A DNA stretch of 64,000 nt, from contig CAVRJY010000004.1 in assembly GCA_963721805.1 (NCBI GenBank), positions 288,516-352,515 on the forward strand, given 5' to 3'. Below the pieces are notes generated by a model. That model saw only the letters and a program-made list of their open reading frames with translations, was not told the origin of the DNA and made no database searches. Both the position numbers and the translations under genes were made by a program. The stretch is from Nitrospirota bacterium. Its GTDB lineage: Bacteria > Nitrospirota > Thermodesulfovibrionia > Thermodesulfovibrionales > JdFR-86. Positions 39,253 through 49,348 of the stretch are shown piece by piece. How positions within the stretch are numbered: position 1 is the first letter of the stretch; every line of letters begins with the position of its first letter.

Positions 39253-41317
39253 CTAAGGACTAGGTGGCCGTGACCACGGCTTTAAAATAAGGGCGAGGGC
39301 CTCCGCGGGCGCGGTCACGGGCCTCTGGCATGCATACCCCGTGCATATGTATGCGGCCGCACGGCCGTCCTTCGTCCCCATGCCGTCCATGTAATGCGCA
39401 TACCGCGCAATCTGGGGCCGGGGCTGCTCTGCCGGCAGGTGCAGGACTATCGCATTTGGGATGAACGCGCCCCAAAGGGCGCGGAGCATGGCGCGGGTGT
39501 CGGGCGAGCCGGTCACGCCCGCGACTATCGCCTCGTGCGCGGGGCCGAGCGCAAAGCCCAGGGCGCTCAGCATCATGGCGTGGCCCGTGGGAGACTCCTC
39601 GATTGAATTAGAAAACGCGGCCATCGTGCGGGCCGCCTTCTGCTCCCAGTCCGCGTCGCCCACGATGCGCCCGAGCCTGATGAGGTCCCATGCCGCTACG
39701 GAATTTGAGGACGGCACCGCTGCGTCATGGGCCTCTTTCTTGCGTACGATGCCCTGCTCGCCGTAATACGGGGTGAAATAAAAACCCCCGCCCTGCCCGT
39801 CCCAAAACCCCCGGATCATATCGCGCTGAAGCGAGACCGCGTGCTCGAGCCATCTGACCTCAAACGTCGCCAGATAGAGCTCTGTAAGCCCCCATATCAT
39901 GAAGGCGTAGTCATCCGCTGTAGGGCGGCCTGTAGCGCGTCCGCCGCGTCTCCAGCCGTGGATGAGCGCCCCCTTATCGTCCCGCATCCGCTCTAGCACG
40001 AACTCCGCTGCCGCAGCAGCGGCCCCGGCGTATGAGTCGTCCCCCGTCGAGCGCGAGAGGCAACAGAGCGCCGCGATCATCAGGCCGTTTAGGTCCGCGA
40101 GCACCTTGTCGTCGCGCTCCGGGGCGGGCCTCTTGTCACGCGCGGCCAACAGCTTCGCCTTAATCCCCTCAAGCCGGGGATCGTCCGCAGCATCGGAAAG
40201 ATAGAGGATGTTGGTGCCGGGGCGCTCGCCGCTTACGCTGTCGAGGAAGTTTCCGGCCTCCTCGATCCCGAAGGCGCGCTTAGCAAGCGCGAACTCCTCC
40301 GCGTCGAGGACCGCGCGCAGTTCCTGTGCGCCCCAGAGGTAATACGCCCCCTCCTCGCCCTCGCTGTCCGCGCCGATCGCGGTATAGAAAGCGCCCTCGG
40401 AATCGCGCAGATGGGCCATAACGAACGCGGCGGTCTCGCGCGCGGCCTCGATATACGCGGCGTTGCCTGTAGCGAGGTACGCGTCGCCAAGGGCGATCAT
40501 GATGAGGGCCTGATCGTAGAGCATCTTCTCGAAGTGCGGCACCCGCCACGCGGGGTCGGTCGCGTAGCGGTGAAACCCTCCGGCGAGGTGGTCGCGGATG
40601 CCGCCCCGGAGCATTGCGTCGAGCGTACCCGTCGCCATCGAGAGCGCCTCGGCCCGCCCGGTGCGGTTGTGGTACCTAAGCAGAAACCCGATGACGTGCG
40701 GCATCGGGAACTTCATCGGGCTTCCGAACCCCCCGTTTTCGGAATCATAAGTGGCCAGATAACCCTCGAACGCGGCATCGAGCGCCCGCTCGTCAGGCTC
40801 ATCGCCGGGGACGTGCTGCACCGACTCCGCGAGCGAGCGCGTGATGTCCCTCGGCCGCACGCATGACCTCGTCGCGCTGGGTCGCCCAGAGTTCGGCCAC
40901 GCGCGGGATGAGCTCCATCAGCCCTGCCCTGCCGAAACGCGTGAGCTTGGGGATGTACGTGGCCGCGTGAAACGGCCGAAGCTCGGGCGTGAGAAATACG
41001 GTCAGCGGCCAGCCCCCGGTGCCGGTGAGCATGTTGCAGGCCGCCATGTATATCCCGTCGACGTCCGGCCGCTCCTCGCGGTCGACCTTAATGCAGATGA
41101 AGGTCGCATTCAGGAGCGCCGCGACCTCCTCGTCTTCGAAGCTCTCGGCCTCCATCACGTTGCACCAGTGGCATGTGGCATAGCCTATCGAGAGGAATAC
41201 CGGCCGGTCGAGCTCGCGCGCCGCCTTGAAGGCCTCGTCGCCCCATGCCCACCAGTCCACCGGGTTGGAGGCGTGCTTCAGGAGATAGGGGCTCTGCTCA
41301 GATGCCAGACGGTTCAT
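39253..41317 (-). pseudogene. YyaL/SSP411 thioredoxin-domain protein, with a +1 frameshift near 40849
   Basis: [12 protein letters not shown]...CHWC in ORF 40799..41317; GGFG..KFP and PHFEKMLYDQ in ORF 39253..40860. The minus strand GCC GAG GGAC ATC has one extra G. Confidence 0.88.
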
Positions 41318-41553
41318 GGTCTTAGATTGGCAGAGCCACCGGTCAATGTCAATCCTCTGCGGGCGCGCCCGGTGGAAATATTTTCAGTCCGCCGCCGGGG
41401 AGATTTTTCCTTTTATCCGGGTCCGTGACCCGCTAACCTGTCAGGGGGCTCACGCCGGACTGGGCATTGGTCAAAACAAATTGCTTTTATAACAATGAGT
41501 TAGATGCTTTATGGGGGCTCCGGGCGGGGCCGGGGCCGCCGGGTTTCAAAGGC

Positions 41554-41569
41554 TGGCACGTTACTTGGA
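41554..41569 (+). promoter_or_regulatory. Putative sigma-54 promoter of fliK-flgD-flgE
   Basis: TGGCACGTTACTTGGA, with an IHF-like TAACAATGAGTTA upstream. Confidence 0.6.
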
Positions 41570-41581
41570 TATCCCTGCGGC

Positions 41582-43699
41582 ATGAACGCAACATCCGCGA
41601 TATTGAACCTTGTGGCCGGGGCGAAGTCCGCCCCGCAGGGCGCGGCCCTGAGCGCGGCCGTGCAGACCACTGGGGGCACCGGTTTTCAGGGCCTGATGGC
41701 GGCCCTGATGTCCGGCACGGGGTCTGCGGATCAGAAGCTTGCGGGCATGCTCGGGGTGAAGCCCGCGACGGACCACTCGGCCGTGGCCGCATCATTCCTT
41801 ATAGCGGCCAGTGCGATCACGCCAGCGGTAGCGGCCCCCGCATCGGCGGCAGGCTCTAATGACGCCAAGGCCGGCATAAAGATAGAACTAAAGCAGCAGG
41901 CCGGCCCCAAGACCGGACAGATGGAACTCAAGGCCACCGTTACCCCTCAGGTACAGCCAGCGATAGCCCCCATGGTGCAGCCAGCCGTTGCGGATAGGAT
42001 TAAGGCCGCGATAGCTCCTATCGTCCAGCCCTCGGTGGCGGGCCAGATAATGGCCGCGATAGCCCCTATCGTCCAGCCCTCGGTGGCGGGCCGGATGCAG
42101 ACCGCGATAGCCCCTATCGTCCAGCCCTCGGTGGCCGCAAAGATCGAGGCCGCGATAGCCCCTATCGTCCAGCCCTCGGTGGCGGGCCTGATAATGGCCG
42201 CGATAGCGCCAATCCTTCAGACGGCGGTCGCGGATAAGGTACAGCCCGCAATTGCGCCAAGCATTCAGACGGCGCTTGCGTCTCAGACACAGCCCGCGAT
42301 AGCGCCAAGCATTCAGCCTGCGCTCGCGGCTCAGACACAGCCCGCGATAGCGCCAAGCATTCAACCTGCACTCGTGACTCAGACACAGCCCGCGATAGCG
42401 CCAAGCATTCAGCCTGCACTCGCGGCTCAGACACAGCCCGCAATAGCGCCAAGCTTTCAGCCTGCACTCGCGACTCAGACACAGCCCGCGATAGCGCCAA
42501 GCATTCAGCCTGCAATTGCGTCTCAGACACAGCCCGCGATAGCGCCAAGCATTCAGCCGGCACTCGCGGCTCAGACACAGCCCGCGATAGCGGTGCTTGC
42601 GAAGGCAGGGCTGACTGCACAGATACTCGGTTCCGTCACCGGGGGGCAGACGAAGTCCCAAACCGCCTCGGCGCAGGACGCCGTGCTTGCGGACGCCAAG
42701 GCTGCCGCGGCCCCTGCGGCTGTAACCGCCCCTGCCGCCCCGATTATCCTGGAGGCGATAAGCATCGTCAAGGCCGCGCAGGGAGCCCAGCAGGCCGCGC
42801 CGACAGCCGGTGCAGCCGCCAAGGACCCTGACGCGCAGGCGGACGCGCAAAAACCGGCCGCCACGTCCGGCCCGGCGGATGCCGAAGCCACGACGATCGC
42901 TTTATCGGCCACTGAGCAGCCCCTTACATATGCCGAGGCGGTGGCCCACATGGGTGCCAAGGCCCAGCAGCAAGCGTCCGGGAAGGCCGATCCTGCCTCC
43001 GGGGCGAAGCCCTCGCAGGCCAAGGCCGCGGAGGCGGCCAAACAGTCCGCAGCCGATCCGGCCGCGGCGGTCAAGGCCGCTACAGCCTCTGAGGACGCCG
43101 AAGCCCAGGGCAACGCGGACCACGGCCATGGCGACCAGCCCCAGCAGGCCGCGGTATCGAATAAGAACGCCATAGCCGAGGCCTCGCACGCGAAGCCCGA
43201 CGCGGGGCAGGTCATCCCCGGCTTCGACGTCCAGCCGCAGGGCGCGGATACGATGGTGAAGGCGCAGCTCGCATCCTCGGCCCCGATGAACCAGTCGCGG
43301 GTTATACAGGTCGGCGAGTACTCCTTCAGCATGGTCAAAAACAGCAACACCTCCCTCGAGCTCACGCTACAGCCCGAGGGCTTGGGAAAGCTGCACCTCG
43401 AGGTCAACCTCGACCGCGGCGTGGTCAGCGCGCACATAAGCGCACCGGACCAGGCCACGCGCGCCGCTATAGAGCGCAACATGCAGGGAATAATGGCCGA
43501 GCTCCAGAAGGAAGGCATCAACGTGGGCGGGTTCTCGGTCGACGTCAGGGGCAACGGCGGAGGCGAGGCCGCATCGCACGGCAGGAAAAACGGTGGCCGC
43601 AGGGCATCGGGCGCGGAGGCGGACTCCGCCTCGTCGATCGAGGCCATGACGGCCGCAACATCAGCGGATGCTGACAGGCTCGTCAGCGTCTACGCGTAA
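41582..43699 (+). CDS. fliK: Flagellar hook-length control protein FliK (705 aa, with internal repeats)
   Basis: C-terminal L.LQPEGLGKL...L..EGINV T3S4 domain; immediately upstream of flgD. Confidence 0.88.
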   Translation: MNATSAILNLVAGAKSAPQGAALSAAVQTTGGTGFQGLMAALMSGTGSADQKLAGMLGVKPATDHSAVAASFLIAASAITPAVAAPASAAGSNDAKAGIKIELKQQAGPKTGQMELKATVTPQVQPAIAPMVQPAVADRIKAAIAPIVQPSVAGQIMAAIAPIVQPSVAGRMQTAIAPIVQPSVAAKIEAAIAPIVQPSVAGLIMAAIAPILQTAVADKVQPAIAPSIQTALASQTQPAIAPSIQPALAAQTQPAIAPSIQPALVTQTQPAIAPSIQPALAAQTQPAIAPSFQPALATQTQPAIAPSIQPAIASQTQPAIAPSIQPALAAQTQPAIAVLAKAGLTAQILGSVTGGQTKSQTASAQDAVLADAKAAAAPAAVTAPAAPIILEAISIVKAAQGAQQAAPTAGAAAKDPDAQADAQKPAATSGPADAEATTIALSATEQPLTYAEAVAHMGAKAQQQASGKADPASGAKPSQAKAAEAAKQSAADPAAAVKAATASEDAEAQGNADHGHGDQPQQAAVSNKNAIAEASHAKPDAGQVIPGFDVQPQGADTMVKAQLASSAPMNQSRVIQVGEYSFSMVKNSNTSLELTLQPEGLGKLHLEVNLDRGVVSAHISAPDQATRAAIERNMQGIMAELQKEGINVGGFSVDVRGNGGGEAASHGRKNGGRRASGAEADSASSIEAMTAATSADADRLVSVYA
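41954..42592 (+). repeat. 48-bp (16-aa) tandem repeat, 13 units plus a partial unit, inside fliK
   Basis: Units of type xAIAPIVQPSVAxxxx followed by type QPAIAPSIQPALAAQT. Confidence 0.92.
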
Positions 43700-43713
43700 A
43701 AGGAGGACTCAAG

Positions 43714-44118
43714 ATGTCAACGACGGACGCCGCATCAAACAACAGCCTCAACGACCTCATGGGCACCGACGGCTTCCTGAAGCTGTTCTGCACGCAGCTG
43801 CAGAACCAGGACCCCATGAACCCGATGGACAGCTCCAGCTTCACGACTCAGCTGGCGCAGATGACCTCGGTCGAGCAGCTTACGAACCTGAGCACCGGCA
43901 TGACCTCGCTTAACTCGACCCAGCAGACGATGCTCAACTACCAGGCCTCGCTGAGCAACGAGTACGCCACGACGCTCCTGGGGCGCACCGTGACCTACGG
44001 CGATACCGGAGCGAGCGGACAGGTGACGGGCGTGAACTTCGACAGCGGTACGACCACCCTTACGCTCAAGGACGGCACGACGGTCAACCTCGGCGACATC
44101 AAGTCGATACAGTCATAA
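43714..44118 (+). CDS. flgD: Flagellar hook capping protein FlgD
   Basis: FLKL..QLQNQDPMNPMD...QLAQ motif. Confidence 0.95.
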   Translation: MSTTDAASNNSLNDLMGTDGFLKLFCTQLQNQDPMNPMDSSSFTTQLAQMTSVEQLTNLSTGMTSLNSTQQTMLNYQASLSNEYATTLLGRTVTYGDTGASGQVTGVNFDSGTTTLTLKDGTTVNLGDIKSIQS

Positions 44119-44145
44119 CAAACAACACACAGGAGGGATACGATC

Positions 44146-46170
44146 ATGGCGCTTACATCACTTTACACGGGAATCAGCGGACTTTCGGCCTCTTCACTGG
44201 CCCTTTCGGTCATCGGCGACAACATCGCCAACATGAACACTACCGCCTTCAAATCCAGCACGATCCAGTTCGGGGACGTCCTTAGCTCCTCGATATCGAC
44301 CGGGGGCGGCTCTCAGCAGGTCGGCCGTGGAGTCCTGGCCGAGTCCGTCACGCCGGACTTCACCCAGGGCTCGTTCTCGACCACCTCAAACTCGCTCGAC
44401 ATGGCGATCGACGGCCACGGGTTTTTCGAGGTCAAGGACGCCACCGGCACGTACTACACCCGCGCGGGCGCCTTCACCACGAACAAGGACGGCAACGTCG
44501 TGGACCCCAACGGCTGCACCCTGCAGGGCTATCTGTACAACTCGACCAATAACAATTTCGCCGGCTCGACCAGCGACATAAACATATCCGCCCTCGGCAG
44601 TTCCAACAAGCCGACCGCCAACATGACCATCTCTGACAACCTCGACGCCAGGGTGGCTATCACCGACACCAGCACGCTCACGGTCACCGGCGCCCTCAGC
44701 TCCCTCGACCCGCAGAGCGGCACCGACACCAGCAAGCTCGCCGCTGCCGGCACCCTCAACAGCGCGGATACTCCGCCCCTGACCTCTCCGTTCGATGCCA
44801 CCAACAATGCGACATACAACGCCAGCACGCTTAGCGTACCGGTCACGGACTCAAACGGGGTTGCCCAGAACATCAATATCTACTACGTCAACACCGGCGC
44901 GGACACATGGACCTGGCATGCGCAGGACGCCACAAACCCGGGCACCGATATAGGCACTGGAGACCTGGTGTTCAGCGGCGGCGCGCTCCAGAGCAACTCG
45001 ACCCCGGCCATATCCTATGGCTCGCCAGCCCAGAGCATCGCCATGGACTTTACGGGGCTCACCGAGGCCGGCGCCGATGCCCCGACGCTTGCCGGCTCCA
45101 CGCTGGCCTTCGATCCGGCTGACAGCTCGACGTATAACTTCATGAGCCCCACCCAGGTGCATGACTCGGCCGGCAACATCCAGACGGTCGATATGTACTA
45201 CGTAAAGAACTCCGCCACCACCTGGACGTACCATGCGGTCGTCCCCGGCGGCTCGCCTGCAGAACAGGCCACCGGCAACCTGACGTTCGATCCGGGCACC
45301 GGCGCGCTCACATCGAGCCCGTCCGCCAGCGCGACGTTCACGTTCCCGGGCGCACCTGCGGCCCAGTCCGTATCGCTTAACTTCGCGGGCCTGACCCAGT
45401 CAGCGGGCGCGGATTCGGCCGCGGCCACACCCAACGCGTTCGGCTTCGACGTCAACAACCCGGACAACACCTCGCAGTTTTCGACCGCGGTCACTGTGTA
45501 CGACTCTCTTGGGGACTCCCACCAGGTGACGGTTTACTTCACCAAGACCACTGATGACGCCAACGGAAACACGTGGGACTGGCACGCCGTGGTCAACGCC
45601 AGCGATACAAGAACCGGCCTTCCCGAGGTACAGGACTCCGGCACGATGACGTTCGACAGCTCAGGCGTGCTCACGTCCAGCCCCTCGAGCACCAACACAT
45701 ACAACTTCAACAGCGGCGCGCCCGACCAGTCGATGACCCTGGATTTCAGCAACTTCACACAGTATGCCTCGGACTCATCGACCGTGTCGCAGTCACAGGA
45801 CGGGTTCCCCTTCGGATCCCTGACCTCTCTCGCTATATCTCAGGACGGCGTGATGTCCGGCACGTTCAGCAACGGCCAGAGCACGTCGATCGCCAAGATA
45901 GCGCTCGCGAACTTCGCGTCCCCGACGGCCCTTACGAAGGACGGACGCAACCTCTACTCACCGTCCTACGGCTCGGGCGCGGCGAGCGAAGGCCTCGCGG
46001 AGACCAGCGGCCGCGGCCGCATCATCTCCGGCTCGCTTGAGCTCTCGAACGTCGACCTCGCCGAGCAGTTCGTCAACATGATCTCGGCCCAGCGCATGTT
46101 CCAGGCCAACTCGCGCGTGATAACCACGACCGACAGCCTGCTTCAGGAGATCACGCAGCTCGTCAGGTAA
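44146..46170 (+). CDS. flgE: Flagellar hook protein FlgE (long form, 674 aa)
   Basis: SGL...NIAN.NT..FK, YTRAGAF, YDSLG and LELSNVDL..QFVNMI..QR motifs. Confidence 0.95.
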   Translation: MALTSLYTGISGLSASSLALSVIGDNIANMNTTAFKSSTIQFGDVLSSSISTGGGSQQVGRGVLAESVTPDFTQGSFSTTSNSLDMAIDGHGFFEVKDATGTYYTRAGAFTTNKDGNVVDPNGCTLQGYLYNSTNNNFAGSTSDINISALGSSNKPTANMTISDNLDARVAITDTSTLTVTGALSSLDPQSGTDTSKLAAAGTLNSADTPPLTSPFDATNNATYNASTLSVPVTDSNGVAQNINIYYVNTGADTWTWHAQDATNPGTDIGTGDLVFSGGALQSNSTPAISYGSPAQSIAMDFTGLTEAGADAPTLAGSTLAFDPADSSTYNFMSPTQVHDSAGNIQTVDMYYVKNSATTWTYHAVVPGGSPAEQATGNLTFDPGTGALTSSPSASATFTFPGAPAAQSVSLNFAGLTQSAGADSAAATPNAFGFDVNNPDNTSQFSTAVTVYDSLGDSHQVTVYFTKTTDDANGNTWDWHAVVNASDTRTGLPEVQDSGTMTFDSSGVLTSSPSSTNTYNFNSGAPDQSMTLDFSNFTQYASDSSTVSQSQDGFPFGSLTSLAISQDGVMSGTFSNGQSTSIAKIALANFASPTALTKDGRNLYSPSYGSGAASEGLAETSGRGRIISGSLELSNVDLAEQFVNMISAQRMFQANSRVITTTDSLLQEITQLVR

Positions 46171-46207
46171 AAAGACTACTTAAGAGTGTCGTATCCCACT
46201 CACCCTA

Positions 46208-46250
46208 GGCCGGAGCAGGCACCGCCATACCTGCTCCGGCCGCTTTATTT
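46208..46250 (+). terminator. Terminator after flgE (followed by an R2 repeat at 46251-46304)
   Basis: GGCCGGAGCAGG / CCTGCTCCGGCC stem followed by a T-rich tail. Confidence 0.65.
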
Positions 46251-46346
46251 GGGGGCAGCGCCCCCCGGAAGTTATTCGCGGTGACAAGACACCACTCACT
46301 TTCCGAAATCTCTTTATTGCTAGGGGAGCACGCTTCAAGGCAAAGA

Positions 46347-47330
46347 CTATTGCGGCGTGTGATAGAGGTGGCAGGAGACGAGCATGCCGGATTCGGTGGG
46401 CTGGAGCGCCGGGGTCGCGCTCGCGCAGGGCTCGAACCTCCTCGGGCAGCGGGGATGGAAGCTGCACCCCGTAGGGACGTCTATCGGGCTTGGGACCTCG
46501 CCCTGGAGCACAGCGCGGTTTCTCATCGCGGCGTCCGAGTCGATCCGGGGCGCGGACTCAAGCAGCATCACGGTATAGGGATGAAGCGGACTCTTAAAAA
46601 GCGATTCCGATGGGCCCTGCTCGACTATCCGGCCGAGGTACATCACAGCGACCTCGTCCGAGAAATACTCAACGACCCGCAGGTCATGGCTGATGAGGAG
46701 GTAAGAGAGCCCGGAGCTCGCCCTGAGCTCCCTCAGCAGGTTAAGGATCTGCGCCTGTATCGAGACGTCGAGCGCCGAGAGCGGCTCGTCCGCGACAATG
46801 AGCTCCGGCCCGACCGCGAGGGCGCGCGCTATGCACACGCGCTGCCTCTGTCCCCCGCTGAACTCGTGCGGGTAGCGGTCCCCGGCGCCCTCGAGCCCGA
46901 CCTGGTGCAGGAGTTCGTCGGCCTTGCGCCGGAGCTCCGCGCGGCCGTGCGCGAGGTGGTGTATCTGCATCGGCTCGGTCAGGGTCTGGTATACCGTGCG
47001 GCGGGGGTTCAGCGAGGCGAACGGGTCTTGAAAAATTATCTGCACCGCGCGCCTAAACGCCAGAAGCTCGGCCCCGCGCATGGGCTGGATATCCCTGCCG
47101 CGAAACAGCAGCTCGCCGCCCGTGGGCTCGGTGAGCTTCAGGGCCATGCGCGCTATCGTAGACTTGCCGCAGCCGCTCTCGCCGACTATCGCAAACACGC
47201 TGTCGCGGCGCACCGTGAAGTCCACGCCGTCGACTGCCTTGAGCCATTGCCTATGCCCGCCGAGCATGTGCCTGACCGGGTAGTGCTTCGTAAGCCCGCG
47301 GGCCTCGATCAATACCTCGCCCTTGCTCAT
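46347..47330 (-). CDS. Oligopeptide/dipeptide ABC transporter ATPase (OppF/DppF-like)
   Basis: [25 protein letters not shown] and GCSFHPRC motifs. Confidence 0.93.
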   Translation of the reverse strand: MSKGEVLIEARGLTKHYPVRHMLGGHRQWLKAVDGVDFTVRRDSVFAIVGESGCGKSTIARMALKLTEPTGGELLFRGRDIQPMRGAELLAFRRAVQIIFQDPFASLNPRRTVYQTLTEPMQIHHLAHGRAELRRKADELLHQVGLEGAGDRYPHEFSGGQRQRVCIARALAVGPELIVADEPLSALDVSIQAQILNLLRELRASSGLSYLLISHDLRVVEYFSDEVAVMYLGRIVEQGPSESLFKSPLHPYTVMLLESAPRIDSDAAMRNRAVLQGEVPSPIDVPTGCSFHPRCPRRFEPCASATPALQPTESGMLVSCHLYHTPQ

Positions 47331-48310
47331 AGCCCCGATCCCAGTTCCGGCTCCCCGGCCCTGATGCACCGCACCAGATGGCCGGTGCCCTCGAAGCCCT
47401 CAAGCGGGGGCTCGGCCTCGGAGCAGCGGGGTATCGCGTATGCGCAGCGGTCCGTAAACGTGCAGCCCCGCGGAAGATGGCCGGGCCTCGGCACCGAGCC
47501 GGGTATCGGCCTGAGCGCCCTGCCGCGCGCGGAGGGCAGCGAGCCCAGAAGCCCGATGGTATAGGGGTGCAGCGGACGCCTGAACAGTTCGGCCACGCGC
47601 GCGGCCTCGACTATGCGGCCTGCGTACATTATAGCGGCGCTCTCGGCGTTCTCGGCCACTATCGCCAAGTCGTGCGTGATCAGCAGCACGGCCATCCGCT
47701 TTTCGCGCCTGAGCGACTGTATGAGGCCCAGTATCTGCGACTGAATCGTGACGTCGAGCGCGGTGGTCGGCTCGTCCGCTATGAGCAGGGATGGGTTGCA
47801 CGCGATGGCCATCGCGATCATCACGCGCTGGCGCATCCCGCCGGACATCTGGTGGGGATACTCACGCGCCCTGTGCTCGGGCGACGGGATCTGTACCGCG
47901 CGCAGCAGGCTGACCACCATCGCGTCGGCTTGCTGGCCTTTAATCTTGAGATGTTCGGTGATGACCTCGCGTATCTGATACCCGATCCTGAGTACCGGAT
48001 TCAGCGAGGTCATAGGCTCCTGGAATACCATCCCCATATCGCGGCCCCTGAGCTCGCGGTACCGCGCCTCGGGCAGCCCGATCAGCTCGCGGCCGTTAAA
48101 CTTGATCGACCCGCGCGCGGTCATCGTCGAAGGCAGGAGGCCCATCAGCGAAAGCGCGGTCAGGCTTTTTCCGCAGCCGCTCTCGCCCACGAGGCCGAAG
48201 ATCGTCGAGTGGGGGATATCCAAATCAATGCCCGAGACGACCGGCACCGGGCCGGAGACGGCGGAAATCTCGACCGTGAGGGACCTGACGGAAAGGAGCG
48301 GTATATCCAC
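47327..48310 (-). CDS. Oligopeptide/dipeptide ABC transporter ATPase (OppD/DppD-like)
   Basis: [29 protein letters not shown] and DEPTTALDV motifs. Confidence 0.93.
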   Translation of the reverse strand: MDIPLLSVRSLTVEISAVSGPVPVVSGIDLDIPHSTIFGLVGESGCGKSLTALSLMGLLPSTMTARGSIKFNGRELIGLPEARYRELRGRDMGMVFQEPMTSLNPVLRIGYQIREVITEHLKIKGQQADAMVVSLLRAVQIPSPEHRAREYPHQMSGGMRQRVMIAMAIACNPSLLIADEPTTALDVTIQSQILGLIQSLRREKRMAVLLITHDLAIVAENAESAAIMYAGRIVEAARVAELFRRPLHPYTIGLLGSLPSARGRALRPIPGSVPRPGHLPRGCTFTDRCAYAIPRCSEAEPPLEGFEGTGHLVRCIRAGEPELGSGL

Positions 48311-48319
48311 CCGTAGCGG

Positions 48320-49039
48320 CTAGGGCTTGTCGCGAAGCAGGCTGATTAGACTTCTGGCCTCGCGGTTTTCGGGGCTGACCTTCAGCGCCTGCTCCCACTC
48401 GGTCCGGGCCTCGGCGAAGCGGCCTGCGGTGTAGTGGGATATGCCGAGCTGTACGTAAGCCGGGGCATAGGTCGCGTTGGCGGCCTTGGCCTTCTGGAAG
48501 GACTCCATCGCCTCGGCCTGCCTGCCCTTCTGCCGTAGCGCCATGCCCATCCTGACATGCACGTCCGGGAGGCCGGGCCTCAGGTGTATGGCCTTCGTGA
48601 ACTCCTCTATCGCCTCGGAGATGAGCTGGTTTTCTATGTACAGCCGTCCGAGCTTGTAGTGCTCGTTCGCGAGCTTCCCGGCGATGAAGTGGTCCGTGAG
48701 CCCGACCCTGCCGTCCGTCTCGACGACCGCCTTGGCATTGGCCCCGGCCGTCAGCACCTCGCGGGCGCGCTCGGTCTGGCCGGTCTCGTTTAATGTGATC
48801 GCGAGGTTCATCGCGGCCTCGGCGTACGCGGGGTTGAGCCTGATGGCCTCCTCGAACCGCTGCACCGCGACCTCGAGCCTTCCGTCGAGGTTCGCTATCA
48901 CGCCGAGCTTGTTGAAGACGTCGGCGTAATCGGGCCTGAGCTTGGCGACCTCGTCGAGCAGGCCTTCGGCCTCGACGTAGTTGCCTTCCTCGAATAGCTC
49001 ACGGCCCCTATCGTATAAGTCTTTTACCGCGTCGCTCAT
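48320..49039 (-). CDS. TPR protein
   Basis: Multiple 34-aa TPR-like repeats. Confidence 0.88.
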   Translation of the reverse strand: MSDAVKDLYDRGRELFEEGNYVEAEGLLDEVAKLRPDYADVFNKLGVIANLDGRLEVAVQRFEEAIRLNPAYAEAAMNLAITLNETGQTERAREVLTAGANAKAVVETDGRVGLTDHFIAGKLANEHYKLGRLYIENQLISEAIEEFTKAIHLRPGLPDVHVRMGMALRQKGRQAEAMESFQKAKAANATYAPAYVQLGISHYTAGRFAEARTEWEQALKVSPENREARSLISLLRDKP

Positions 49040-49093
49040 AAATTGAAGTATATCGGCCTGATTGTGGCCCAGTCAAGAGGTGGAAGCTTTCTC

Positions 49094-49280
49094 AAAGCGC
49101 GCGAAACTCGCGTGATACGTCGTCAGTTCTCGAAAACTCGCCCTCGGAGTACGTCTCAGTACACCATCGGGCGGTTTTCTCGCCCCTCCTAGTCTGACAC
49201 GATTTCTCGCGCTTTCGGGGGTTAGACGCGGCACAGCCGCTGGACCCCCGCGCCCCCAAGGTCAACGGCATTGATTGGAG
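49094..49280 (-). repeat. Family R1 hairpin element, copy D
   Basis: AAAGCGCGCGAAACTCG...GTACGTCTCAGTACACC...CGCGCTTT...GGTCAACGGCATTGATTGGAG. Confidence 0.9.
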
Positions 49281-49348
49281 TTGCCAACTCATCCGTTGTG
49301 GCCTAATATGAAATCTGGCGCATAAAACGAATCATAAGGAGTATTGCG

